From IMG/VR virus record IMGVR_UViG_3300046787_000408, positions 235,984 to 299,983 of that record: a stretch of DNA of 64,000 nt; one strand, 5' to 3'. Under the pieces are notes generated by a model. It made no database searches. It worked only from the letters and a program-made list of their open reading frames with translations, and was not told where the DNA came from. A program made the position numbers and the translations under genes. This document shows positions 57,596 through 64,000 of the stretch, one piece after another. The stretch's first letter is position 1; every line of letters starts with the position of its first letter.

Positions 57596-57670
57596 GTATC
57601 TCTGGTGTAATGGCAGCATCGCGGATTCCAAATCCGTTAGGTCAGGGTTCGAGTCCTTGGGGGTACGCCA
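57596..57670 (+). tRNA. tRNA-Trp(CCA)
   Basis: Loop TTCCAAA; G73. Confidence 0.9.
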
Positions 57671-57678
57671 ATTTTTGT

Positions 57679-57752
57679 TCGGGAATGGTGTAGAGGTAAC
57701 ACAACAGACTTTGACTCTGTCGTCCCTGGTTCGATCCCAGGTTCCCGTGCCA
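57679..57752 (+). tRNA. tRNA-Gln(TTG)
   Basis: Loop CTTTGAC. Confidence 0.9.
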
Positions 57753-57760
57753 GTTTTTGT

Positions 57761-57836
57761 GGGGGTATAGCTCATCTGGTAGAGCAGGTGCTTTGCAAGC
57801 ATCAGGTGGCAGGTTCGAGTCCTGTTGCCTCCACCA
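57761..57836 (+). tRNA. tRNA-Ala(TGC), second copy
   Basis: Canonical cloverleaf. Confidence 0.93.
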
Positions 57837-57837
57837 T

Positions 57838-57912
57838 AGCCGTGTAGCTCAGAGGAAGAGCGCTGTCTTGATAAGGCATAGGTCGACATTTCGAAATTGT
57901 CCATGGCTACCA
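57838..57912 (+). tRNA. tRNA-Ile(GAT)
   Basis: Loop TTGATAA. Confidence 0.85.
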
Positions 57913-57920
57913 ATTTTTAT

Positions 57921-57999
57921 TCCGAGAAACTCGAGCAAGGTGCATGAGCTTGACTGTTAATCAATGGTTAGGTGGGTTCGATTCCCACACTCGGAGCCA
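57921..57999 (+). tRNA. tRNA-Asn(GTT)
   Basis: Loop CTGTTAA; atypical D arm. Confidence 0.8.
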
Positions 58000-58041
58000 A
58001 TTTTTTTGTAGTAGGCGAGAGTGCCTACTAAGTAGTTTACT

Positions 58042-58131
58042 GGTGCGGTCCTATAATGGTATTAGAGCAGATTGCTAATCTGTCGCTCGGCGTAATCCGG
58101 GTTCTGAGTTCGAGTCTCAGTCGCACCGCCA
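58042..58131 (+). tRNA. tRNA-Ser(GCT)
   Basis: Loop TTGCTAA; long variable arm. Confidence 0.9.
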
Positions 58132-58139
58132 GACAACAT

Positions 58140-58215
<76 letters not shown>

Positions 58216-58222
58216 TGTTTGT

Positions 58223-58297
58223 TCCTCGATAGCTCAGTGGTAGAGTGCCGGACTGTTAATCCGTTGGTCCCTGGTTCGAGCCCAGGTCGAGGAGCCA
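58223..58297 (+). tRNA. tRNA-Asn(GTT), second copy
   Basis: Canonical cloverleaf. Confidence 0.92.
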
Positions 58298-58304
58298 TAA
58301 TTTA

Positions 58305-58379
58305 GCCCTTGTATCCTTAGTGGTAGAGGTCCTGTTTTGTAAGCAGGGTGTGGTGGTTCGATTCCATCCTGGGGCACCA
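58305..58379 (+). tRNA. tRNA-Thr(TGT)
   Basis: Loop TTTGTAA. Confidence 0.85.
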
Positions 58380-58434
58380 CAAACATAGTCAATACTCTCC
58401 CTTGACGAGCTAGGTCACTAGACTATTTTCTTTC

Positions 58435-58508
58435 GCCCTATTAGTATAATGGTATTACACCTGTTTTGTAATCAGGTTACGGCAGTTCGATTCTGTCATG
58501 GGGCACCA
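58435..58508 (+). tRNA. tRNA-Thr(TGT), second copy
   Basis: Loop TTTGTAA. Confidence 0.88.
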
Positions 58509-58559
58509 CTTTCAAGCCTATACTCAATCCTGCCGTGACGACTGTCCCTGGGCTTTTAT

Positions 58560-58636
58560 CTTTGTATGGCGCAGCCTGGTAGCGCACTAGTCTGGGGGAC
58601 TAGGGGTCGCAGGTTCGAACCCTGCTACAAAGACCA
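58560..58636 (+). tRNA. tRNA-Pro(GGG)
   Basis: Loop CTGGGGG. Confidence 0.9.
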
Positions 58637-58645
58637 ACTTTCAAT

Positions 58646-58723
58646 CTCTGTGTAATGTCAATCTGGTAGACGGCCTGATCTGGAGTCAGGAGGCTGTACG
58701 TTCGAATCGTACCATGGAGACCA
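58646..58723 (+). tRNA. tRNA-Pro(TGG), atypical C33/A37
   Basis: CCTGA-TCTGGAG-TCAGG. Confidence 0.8.
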
Positions 58724-58730
58724 ATTCAAC

Positions 58731-58806
58731 GCCGCGGTAGCTCATCAGGTAGAGCAGCAGACTGAAAATCTGTGTGTGGCTGGTTCGAGTCCAGCTCGTG
58801 GCACCA
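58731..58806 (+). tRNA. tRNA-Phe(GAA)
   Basis: Loop CTGAAAA. Confidence 0.92.
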
Positions 58807-58899
58807 TTTTATCCTTGAGTTAAGCGGGGCCGTATACACCCTTGCCAATAGAGTTAGTAATGTGTTCTGCAACAGACACCTCAGGGGCCAATTTACGAT

Positions 58900-58977
58900 G
58901 CGTCTCTAGTTCAACTGGATAGAACACCGGCCTACGAAGCCGTGAGGTTGGGGATTCGAATTCCTCGGGACGCACCA
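58900..58977 (+). tRNA. tRNA-Arg(ACG)
   Basis: Loop CTACGAA. Confidence 0.9.
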
Positions 58978-59041
58978 AAAAACAGTTGACAACATTCTGT
59001 AATTGTTGTATAATTAGAACTTAAACAAAAGAGGTAACACT

Positions 59042-59065
59042 ATGAAACGTTCAGGTAAACGATAG
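59042..59065 (+). CDS. Mini leader ORF MKRSGKR
   Basis: Promoter TTGACA-17-TATAAT (58986-59014); SD AAGAGG; stop abuts hairpin 59065-59101. Confidence 0.5.
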   Translation: MKRSGKR

Positions 59066-59127
59066 TGTCATCCTAGACCCCCGTATGGTCCTGGATGGCA
59101 CGTAAAAGACAATTCTTTACGATCCAT

Positions 59128-59204
59128 CCCTTCAAGATGTTACTGGTTAGCATACCGGACTCTTAATCCGAGAAGTCTGAGTTCGAATCTCAGTGGAGGG
59201 ACCA
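59128..59204 (+). tRNA. tRNA-Lys(CTT)
   Basis: Loop CTCTTAA. Confidence 0.82.
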
Positions 59205-59207
59205 TAT

Positions 59208-59285
59208 GGGGGTATAGTGTTAACGGTTTAGCACAGCGGACTTTTAATCCGCCAGGTCAGGGTTCGAATCCCTGTGCCCCTACCA
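59208..59285 (+). tRNA. tRNA-Lys(TTT)
   Basis: Loop CTTTTAA. Confidence 0.9.
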
Positions 59286-59411
59286 TATGCAAACACATTA
59301 ACCTGCGAAAAAGAATTCCGATGCATAATCGGCCAGTGTATAGTGTGTTTACATATGGTATTAATCTATCGACGGGTAGACACCATGCTGGGGAGTAATT
59401 AACCTCAGGAA

Positions 59412-59484
59412 CTCGCGGTCTTCTAAGTGGTAAGAAAGCCCCGTTATGGGGGTGAATGCAGGTTCGAACCCTGCCCGCAATGAG
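59412..59484 (+). pseudogene. Degenerate tRNA
   Basis: Intact D and T arms; 6-nt anticodon loop; broken acceptor stem; no CCA. Confidence 0.5.
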
Positions 59485-59503
59485 TTTGCTAGACTTCTTT
59501 GGT

Positions 59504-59578
59504 GTGGCTATGTTGTAACGGTTAGCAACAGAGATTGTGATTCTCTTAGTCTGGGTTCGATTCCCAGTAGTCACCCCA
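59504..59578 (+). tRNA. tRNA-His(GTG)
   Basis: Loop TTGTGAT; C73; no encoded G-1. Confidence 0.88.
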
Positions 59579-59588
59579 AAGAGGTTTT

Positions 59589-59663
59589 GGTTGTATGGCG
59601 TAGACGGATGCGCACGGGCTTCATAAGCCCAGGAGGTTGGATCGATACCAACTACAACCACCA
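59589..59663 (+). tRNA. tRNA-Met(CAT)
   Basis: Loop TTCATAA; T loop ATCGATA. Confidence 0.82.
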
Positions 59664-59664
59664 C

Positions 59665-59739
59665 GGGTCTTTAGTTCAACGGATAGAATGCCATGCTTCG
59701 AACTTGGCGATGTGGGTTCGATTCCTGCAGGACCCGCCA
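59665..59739 (+). tRNA. tRNA-Arg(TCG)
   Basis: Loop CTTCGAA. Confidence 0.88.
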
Positions 59740-59747
59740 AACAACAG

Positions 59748-59794
59748 TTGACAAATAAACATGCTTGCGTTATAATACAAGCTGTTCTTTAAAA
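59748..59794 (+). promoter_or_regulatory. sigma70 promoter plus boxA-like element
   Basis: TTGACA-17-TATAAT followed by TGTTCTTTAAAA. Confidence 0.7.
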
Positions 59795-59814
59795 ACTTAA
59801 TTCAAGATTAAAGT

Positions 59815-59888
59815 GCCTGGGTAGTTAAATGGTATAACAAGCGGCTGATAACCGCTAATCACAAGTTCAATTCTTGTCCTAGGTACCA
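59815..59888 (+). tRNA. tRNA-Ile(GAT), second copy
   Basis: Loop CTGATAA. Confidence 0.88.
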
Positions 59889-59889
59889 A

Positions 59890-60060
59890 TTAAAACTTTT
59901 CAATGAAATTCATGGCGTCTTCCATGCTGGTAAAATATCGCATGGTCAGGCGTTCGTTGTAAATATCATTGACAAAGATGTAACACACAGAACCTGTGTC
60001 GTTGACGCTCAAGTGTATTTGTACACTGCCGTTAGCTGCAATAAAGTTTCTTGTTCGCAT
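59890..60060 (-). CDS. Small antisense-oriented protein within the tRNA array (56 aa)
   Basis: MRTRNFIAANG...; TAAATA upstream on minus strand; fits exactly between two tRNAs. Confidence 0.55.
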   Translation of the reverse strand: MRTRNFIAANGSVQIHLSVNDTGSVCYIFVNDIYNERLTMRYFTSMEDAMNFIEKF

Positions 60061-60072
60061 CGTGTATTTAAC

Positions 60073-60146
60073 GCGGGGTTGGTATAGTGGCTGTGCTCTA
60101 GCCTTCCAAGCTAGTGAGACGAGTTCGATCCTCGTACCCCGCTCCA
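60073..60146 (+). tRNA. tRNA-Gly(TCC)
   Basis: Loop CTTCCAA. Confidence 0.9.
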
Positions 60147-60153
60147 TATTTTT

Positions 60154-60229
60154 GCCTGGTTGCGCAGAGAGGTTATGCATCTCCTTTACACGGAGAACGA
60201 TGTCAGTTCGAGTCTGACACCAGGTACCA
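60154..60229 (+). tRNA. tRNA-Val(TAC)
   Basis: Loop TTTACAC. Confidence 0.88.
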
Positions 60230-60238
60230 GTTAGTTTT

Positions 60239-60312
60239 CTCGGTATGGTGAAATGGTATCACTGAACGTTTGGGACGTTCGAGCGTAGGTTCGATTCCTG
60301 CTACCGAGACCA
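60239..60312 (+). tRNA. tRNA-Pro(TGG), second copy
   Basis: Loop TTTGGGA. Confidence 0.9.
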
Positions 60313-60457
60313 AGAGCAGCGTATGAGTTACATCATTCAGTATGAGTCACAAGGTACCGCGGTAAATCCTTGGGCAAGCAATAGTACGTACATCAATGTA
60401 ACAGGTGGTAGTGATCTACTAACGGGCCAGCCTCAAAAATTGTGTCCACCAATCTAT

Positions 60458-60535
60458 GCACAGGTGGCGGAGAGGCCCAACGCAAGGGATTGCAAATCCC
60501 TAAAACCGTGAGTTCAAATCTCACCCTGTGCTCCA
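60458..60535 (+). tRNA. tRNA-Cys(GCA)
   Basis: Loop TTGCAAA; U73. Confidence 0.9.
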
Positions 60536-60541
60536 AACAAC

Positions 60542-60633
60542 GGAAAGTAATGCAGCGGGGATGGTCCTGCGACTGGCCTTGAAAACCAGGTTCTCTTAAC
60601 AGGGATGGGGTTCGACTCCTCTGCTTTCCGCCA
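60542..60633 (+). tRNA. tRNA-Ser(TGA) with 8/4 fold
   Basis: 8-bp acceptor GGAAAGTA/TGCTTTCC; 4-bp T stem; loop CTTGAAA; long variable arm; G73. Confidence 0.8.
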
Positions 60634-60658
60634 ATAAGTAAGTGCAAAGGATTTAGTG

Positions 60659-60832
60659 ATGGAAAACAAAACACAACTATTTGAAAACAAGATCACTCTT
60701 GAGCGCTACATTTGCGACAATGTTCGCATGGTTCGCACACTTGAAGGACAAGAGTTCCTGAGTGTACGTCGAGAAGGCGAAACTCGCAAATTTTTAATTC
60801 GTCGAGACAGTTTGCGTCAAGTAAACAGTTAA
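60659..60832 (+). CDS. Small protein within the tRNA array (57 aa)
   Basis: SD AAGGA; MENKTQLFENK...; stop abuts the next tRNA. Confidence 0.6.
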   Translation: MENKTQLFENKITLERYICDNVRMVRTLEGQEFLSVRREGETRKFLIRRDSLRQVNS

Positions 60833-60907
60833 GTCTCTATAGTTCAATGGATAGAACAAGTTCCTCCTAAGAATTAGATACAGGTTCGATTCCTGTTGGA
60901 GACACCA
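60833..60907 (+). tRNA. tRNA-Arg(CCT)
   Basis: Loop CTCCTAA. Confidence 0.9.
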
Positions 60908-60914
60908 AACAAAT

Positions 60915-60999
60915 GCGTTAGTGGTGGAATGGTATACACGTTGGTCTTAGAAGCCAATGCCCTAGTGGATTGAGAGTTCGAGTCTCTCCTGACGCACCA
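60915..60999 (+). tRNA. tRNA-Leu(TAG)
   Basis: Loop CTTAGAA; variable arm. Confidence 0.9.
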
Positions 61000-61050
61000 T
61001 GAACTCGCTTTTGCTGACAGCGTATAATAGGACAAGTAGTCAGCACACTT

Positions 61051-61124
61051 AGGTCATTAGCTCAAAGGTAGAGCGCTTGGTCGACATCCAAGATACAGCG
61101 GATCGATACCGTTATGACCTACCA
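61051..61124 (+). tRNA. tRNA-Val(GAC)
   Basis: Loop TCGACAT (C33); T loop ATCGATA. Confidence 0.8.
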
Positions 61125-61131
61125 AACACAT

Positions 61132-61208
61132 GCCCCGGTGGTGGAATTGGTAGACACGCAACGTTGAGGTCGTTGTATCTGTGGGTTCGAGTCCCATCTG
61201 GGGTACCA
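61132..61208 (+). tRNA. tRNA-Leu(GAG) with short variable loop
   Basis: Leu-type D arm; loop TTGAGGT; 5-nt variable region. Confidence 0.85.
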
Positions 61209-61214
61209 AACAAC

Positions 61215-61298
61215 GCGACTGTGGTGGAATGGTATACACAGCAGACTTAAAATCTGCCGCTTAATTGATTGAGGGTTCAAGTCCCTCCAGTCGCACCA
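61215..61298 (+). tRNA. tRNA-Leu(TAA)
   Basis: Loop CTTAAAA. Confidence 0.92.
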
Positions 61299-61302
61299 TT
61301 AT

Positions 61303-61373
61303 GGGCCTACTCTGGCTGATCTTGTGAGGTCCAAACTCACAAGTCGAAGGTTCAATTCCTGAAGGGCCTGCCA
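61303..61373 (+). ncRNA. D-armless tRNA-Trp(CCA)-like RNA
   Basis: CTTGTGAG-GTCCAAA-CTCACAAG arm; AGG-TTCAATT-CCT; ends GCCA. Confidence 0.55.
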
Positions 61374-61378
61374 TTTTT

Positions 61379-61585
61379 GCAAACAATGATTCGTGCGGGG
61401 GTAATACCCCTTGGAGCTCTGTGCAGGGATGTAGCATCTCCTATGGACCAGTTGTACAGGTGAGAGGCCTGTAAACGTTCCCGGTGTCAAGAGTTATCTA
61501 TTGCAGGAGGCCGCGAAAGCCCTAGAGTGCCGACCCTGTGTCGATAGTTCACGTCCACACGCCCCGGCGAAACCGGATTGTTTGC
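61379..61585 (+). ncRNA. Orphan structured RNA at the end of the array
   Basis: GCAAACAAT/ATTGTTTGC closing stem; GGGG-GTAATA-CCCC, TACAGG/CCTGTA and CCGG/CCGG hairpins; followed by a T tract. Confidence 0.45.
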
Positions 61586-61624
61586 GTTTTTATTTTTAGA
61601 ACTCAGCGGTATATAAATATTTGA

Positions 61625-63109
61625 ATGTTAATAAAAAATGTAGATGTGGTACTTCTTTGCCATTCGTTGATATCTTTTAAAAAAGCTGGTCCATATAGAA
61701 TTGCTACCGAGCTTCGATCAAATGGGTACTCATGTCAAATTATTGATGCCGCCTGGTATTTTGATCAAAATGAACTCAAAACAATACTAGATTTTTGCAT
61801 AGGTCCAGATACAAAAATTGTTGCATGGAGCAGTCCATATGCTGACATGCACGAAAAAGAACAATGGGGTGTGGGATTTAGAGAACACCTGACTGTTGAG
61901 TTTCATGAGGAATTCATTATTGACTATGCAAAAACCATCAACAACAAGATCAAATTTGTAGTAGGTGGGCCTACTGCTTACAAAAGGCAATCTGACCCGG
62001 GAATCAACACTGTATTTTATGGCATGAGTGATGCTGCCATTGTTGCTTATCTCAAGTTCCTAGAAGGAAAAAATCCGTTTTTTCAGTACACAGTTCAAGA
62101 TGGTACCATGATAGTAGATGGTAATTCTTACAATCTGTCATGGGAGTTCAACCAAAGCTTGATAGAGTACCAGCCAGAAGACAATATACTACATGGCGAT
62201 GCAACCATGATTGAGATTGCTAGAGGTTGTATTTTCAAATGCGATTTTTGTAGTTACCCATTAAACGGTAAAAAGAGCAATGAATATATCAAGTACAAAG
62301 ATACCTTGTACAACGAATTTTTGCACAACTACACACATTTTGGAATTAAAAAATACATTGTGTCCGATGACACATTTAACGACAATCTGCAAAAGTTACA
62401 AATGATGGCCGAGATTGCACAGTCTCTTCCGTTTAAACTTGAACTAGCTTGCTATATCAGGATTGACCTAATACGGGCACATCCTGAACAGTATCAATTG
62501 CTCAAAGACATTGGTCTTGCTGGAGCATTTTTTGGTATAGAAAGCTTGAATCACCAATCGCTCAAGTCTATAGGTAAAGGATTGCATCCTGACAAAGTGG
62601 TTGCAGAACTGTATCAATTTAGAGATCAACTGCCCAATTGCGGCACTATGGGTAGTTTTATTGCAGGACTTCCTTATGAGACCAAACATAGTCTAGAGAA
62701 CACAGTGTCGCTGACCATGGATCACGATTTCCCTATTGACATATTGCGCATGGAACCATTGACTATAAACTCAATGAGAAAGCACAATTCAAGTGAGTTT
62801 GAGAAAAATTCTTCAAAATATTTTTCTATTGATCCAAGCAAACGCAACTATCTTGGACATGAATTTTGGCACAATGGAGATTTTGATCTAGCATATGCCA
62901 AGGATTTTTGTCAAGATTTCATGAAAAAATTAAGCAGTACTGGTAGAAATCGAATTGGCGGATTCCAAGTAATGGCCTTGCACAACTACTATCCGGATGT
63001 ACCGGCGGCCCATGTGTCCCCAAGTCAACTGCCAGTAACATTGGAAATGCAACAAGCAAAACTTGATAGGTACAAGAGCATGGTATTTGACAACAAAATC
63101 AAAACATAG
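61625..63109 (+). CDS. B12-binding-type radical SAM protein
   Basis: EIARGCIFKCDFC, SDDTFN, FFGIES, FIAGLPYET. Confidence 0.85.
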   Translation: MLIKNVDVVLLCHSLISFKKAGPYRIATELRSNGYSCQIIDAAWYFDQNELKTILDFCIGPDTKIVAWSSPYADMHEKEQWGVGFREHLTVEFHEEFIIDYAKTINNKIKFVVGGPTAYKRQSDPGINTVFYGMSDAAIVAYLKFLEGKNPFFQYTVQDGTMIVDGNSYNLSWEFNQSLIEYQPEDNILHGDATMIEIARGCIFKCDFCSYPLNGKKSNEYIKYKDTLYNEFLHNYTHFGIKKYIVSDDTFNDNLQKLQMMAEIAQSLPFKLELACYIRIDLIRAHPEQYQLLKDIGLAGAFFGIESLNHQSLKSIGKGLHPDKVVAELYQFRDQLPNCGTMGSFIAGLPYETKHSLENTVSLTMDHDFPIDILRMEPLTINSMRKHNSSEFEKNSSKYFSIDPSKRNYLGHEFWHNGDFDLAYAKDFCQDFMKKLSSTGRNRIGGFQVMALHNYYPDVPAAHVSPSQLPVTLEMQQAKLDRYKSMVFDNKIKT

Positions 63110-63121
63110 TATAATCGAAAC

Positions 63122-63355
63122 ATGTATAAATTAATAAACAAAGCAGGAACAGAGTTAGATGGGTTCAACACCCTAGACTCTGCTATGCAAGCGGCAAAAG
63201 CAGTGGGATTCTTTGTAACAATCAAAGGACCCGACTTTGAAGTTTGTGGTATTTTTGGTGTGGACACAATTGCAAACGGCTTGTGTCCTGATGGTGTTAA
63301 ATACGATTGGAACAAAGCCAGTCGCATAGGTGCGGCCAAACGAGTTCGAGCATAA
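63122..63355 (+). CDS. Hypothetical protein
   Basis: Promoter TTGACA-17-TATAAT immediately upstream (leaderless). Confidence 0.6.
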   Translation: MYKLINKAGTELDGFNTLDSAMQAAKAVGFFVTIKGPDFEVCGIFGVDTIANGLCPDGVKYDWNKASRIGAAKRVRA

Positions 63356-63756
63356 TGATACACGAATTGTTTGAAGGATTAGACGTAAAGACGAAAACTT
63401 GCGGGATGTGTTTAAAAGACCTCCCTGTGGGCATGTTCGGAACAGACGGTGGTGCAAAGTATCTAAGATACGAGTGTAAACCGTGTGCAAAGAAACAATC
63501 AGCTTTGCTAAAGAAGATCAAACTATCCGCACCAGTTAGGCCCACAGATTATCGATGCCCTATTTGTGATAAAAACGAAGAGGAAGCTAAAGGACACAAT
63601 CCTAATAAAAAAGGAGTATGGTGTGCAGACCATGATCATGCCACTGGAAAATTTAGAGGTTGGTTGTGTCATAAATGCAATTTAGGATTAGGTAATTTTA
63701 ATGATGACATTGACAGATTATCTAGAGCAAAAGCATATTTAAAGGAGCGAGTATGA
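63355..63756 (+). CDS. Endonuclease VII-like HNH protein
   Basis: CPIC...[22 protein letters not shown]. Confidence 0.85.
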   Translation: MIHELFEGLDVKTKTCGMCLKDLPVGMFGTDGGAKYLRYECKPCAKKQSALLKKIKLSAPVRPTDYRCPICDKNEEEAKGHNPNKKGVWCADHDHATGKFRGWLCHKCNLGLGNFNDDIDRLSRAKAYLKERV

Positions 63757-64000
63757 AACGAGTAATAGAGGTTAGAGCTGCCGAAGGTGGCGAGGATTCA
63801 AAACTGTTTGTGAAAGATCTAGCACAAGCCTATATCAAATTTGCACAAAGCAAGGGCTGAGCTACCCGCTTGATAAATGAGTATCAAGGCGAACTTCACT
63901 TGGAAGTACAGGGTACTGATTTATCTGGCTTACTAAACGAAGCCGGTGGACACCGAATACAGCGTGTTCCGCCAACTGAGCGCAAAGGTCGCGTTCATAC
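63753..64000 (+). CDS. RF1-like peptide chain release factor lacking domain 1, with in-frame TGA at codon 36; 3'-truncated by the window
   Basis: SD AAGGAG; [15 protein letters not shown]...[11 protein letters not shown]...[20 protein letters not shown], same frame on both sides of the TGA (63858-63860). Confidence 0.85.

Noticed and set aside
58385-58555. HDV-like (theta) ribozymes after the tRNA-Thr genes
   Set aside because: Only simple closing stems (ATAGTC/GACTAT, AGCCTA/TGGGCT) were found; the nested double pseudoknot could not be built.
59063-59399. Read-through of the mini-ORF TAG into a long open frame
   Set aside because: The frame runs through two tRNA-Lys genes; most likely a chance open frame.
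59412-59484. Possible ochre suppressor (TTA in the loop)
   Set aside because: Loop is 6 nt, the acceptor stem is broken and there is no CCA; treated as a degenerate tRNA.
60323-60511. 62-aa ORF or tRNA-like element ending CCACCA at 60451
   Set aside because: The ORF overlaps tRNA-Cys and has no good SD; the tRNA-like pairing lacks a T arm. Too weak to call either way.
60542-60633. tRNA-Sec
   Set aside because: Anticodon is TGA (Ser), not TCA; no sel genes in the window.

Overview
The window is part of a large T4-like/jumbo dsDNA phage genome, probably freshwater. The OmpA N-terminus and the tmRNA tag ANDSQFALAA point to a betaproteobacterial host (inference). Layout: (1) 1-11.5 kb: putative virion-internal proteins, a minus-strand secreted/membrane cassette with a fatty-acid desaturase, Dps, and a ~450-nt orphan structured region. 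(2) 11.5-38 kb: family-B DNA polymerase, clamp-like protein, 5'-3' exonuclease and dUTPase, interleaved with a 7-deazaguanine pathway (TGT/DpdA-like, FolE, QueD, QueE, a second QueD-like protein, no QueC seen) and sugar-modifying and radical-SAM genes. (3) 38-46 kb: small early genes behind sigma70 promoters, plus NadM-NUDIX and NAMPT. (4) 46-52.6 kb: ahpC/ahpD, a permuted two-piece tmRNA with an ORF in its intervening segment, OmpA, and an S-layer-like protein. (5) 52.6-61.6 kb: an RNA island holding 38 of the window's 40 tRNAs (all 20 amino acids covered), many non-canonical tRNA-like RNAs, a GOLLD-like ~890-nt RNA with an embedded tRNA, and several orphan ncRNAs. (6) End: radical SAM, EndoVII-like nuclease, and an RF1-like release factor with an in-frame UGA. 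The most striking observation is that tRNA blocks are preceded by short leader ORFs. Two have full attenuator architecture (antiterminator hairpin with the stop codon in its loop, overlapping an intrinsic terminator). The leader codons match the tRNAs downstream, which suggests the phage senses tRNA depletion and switches on replacement tRNAs. All structures were paired by eye; no database or folding computation was run.
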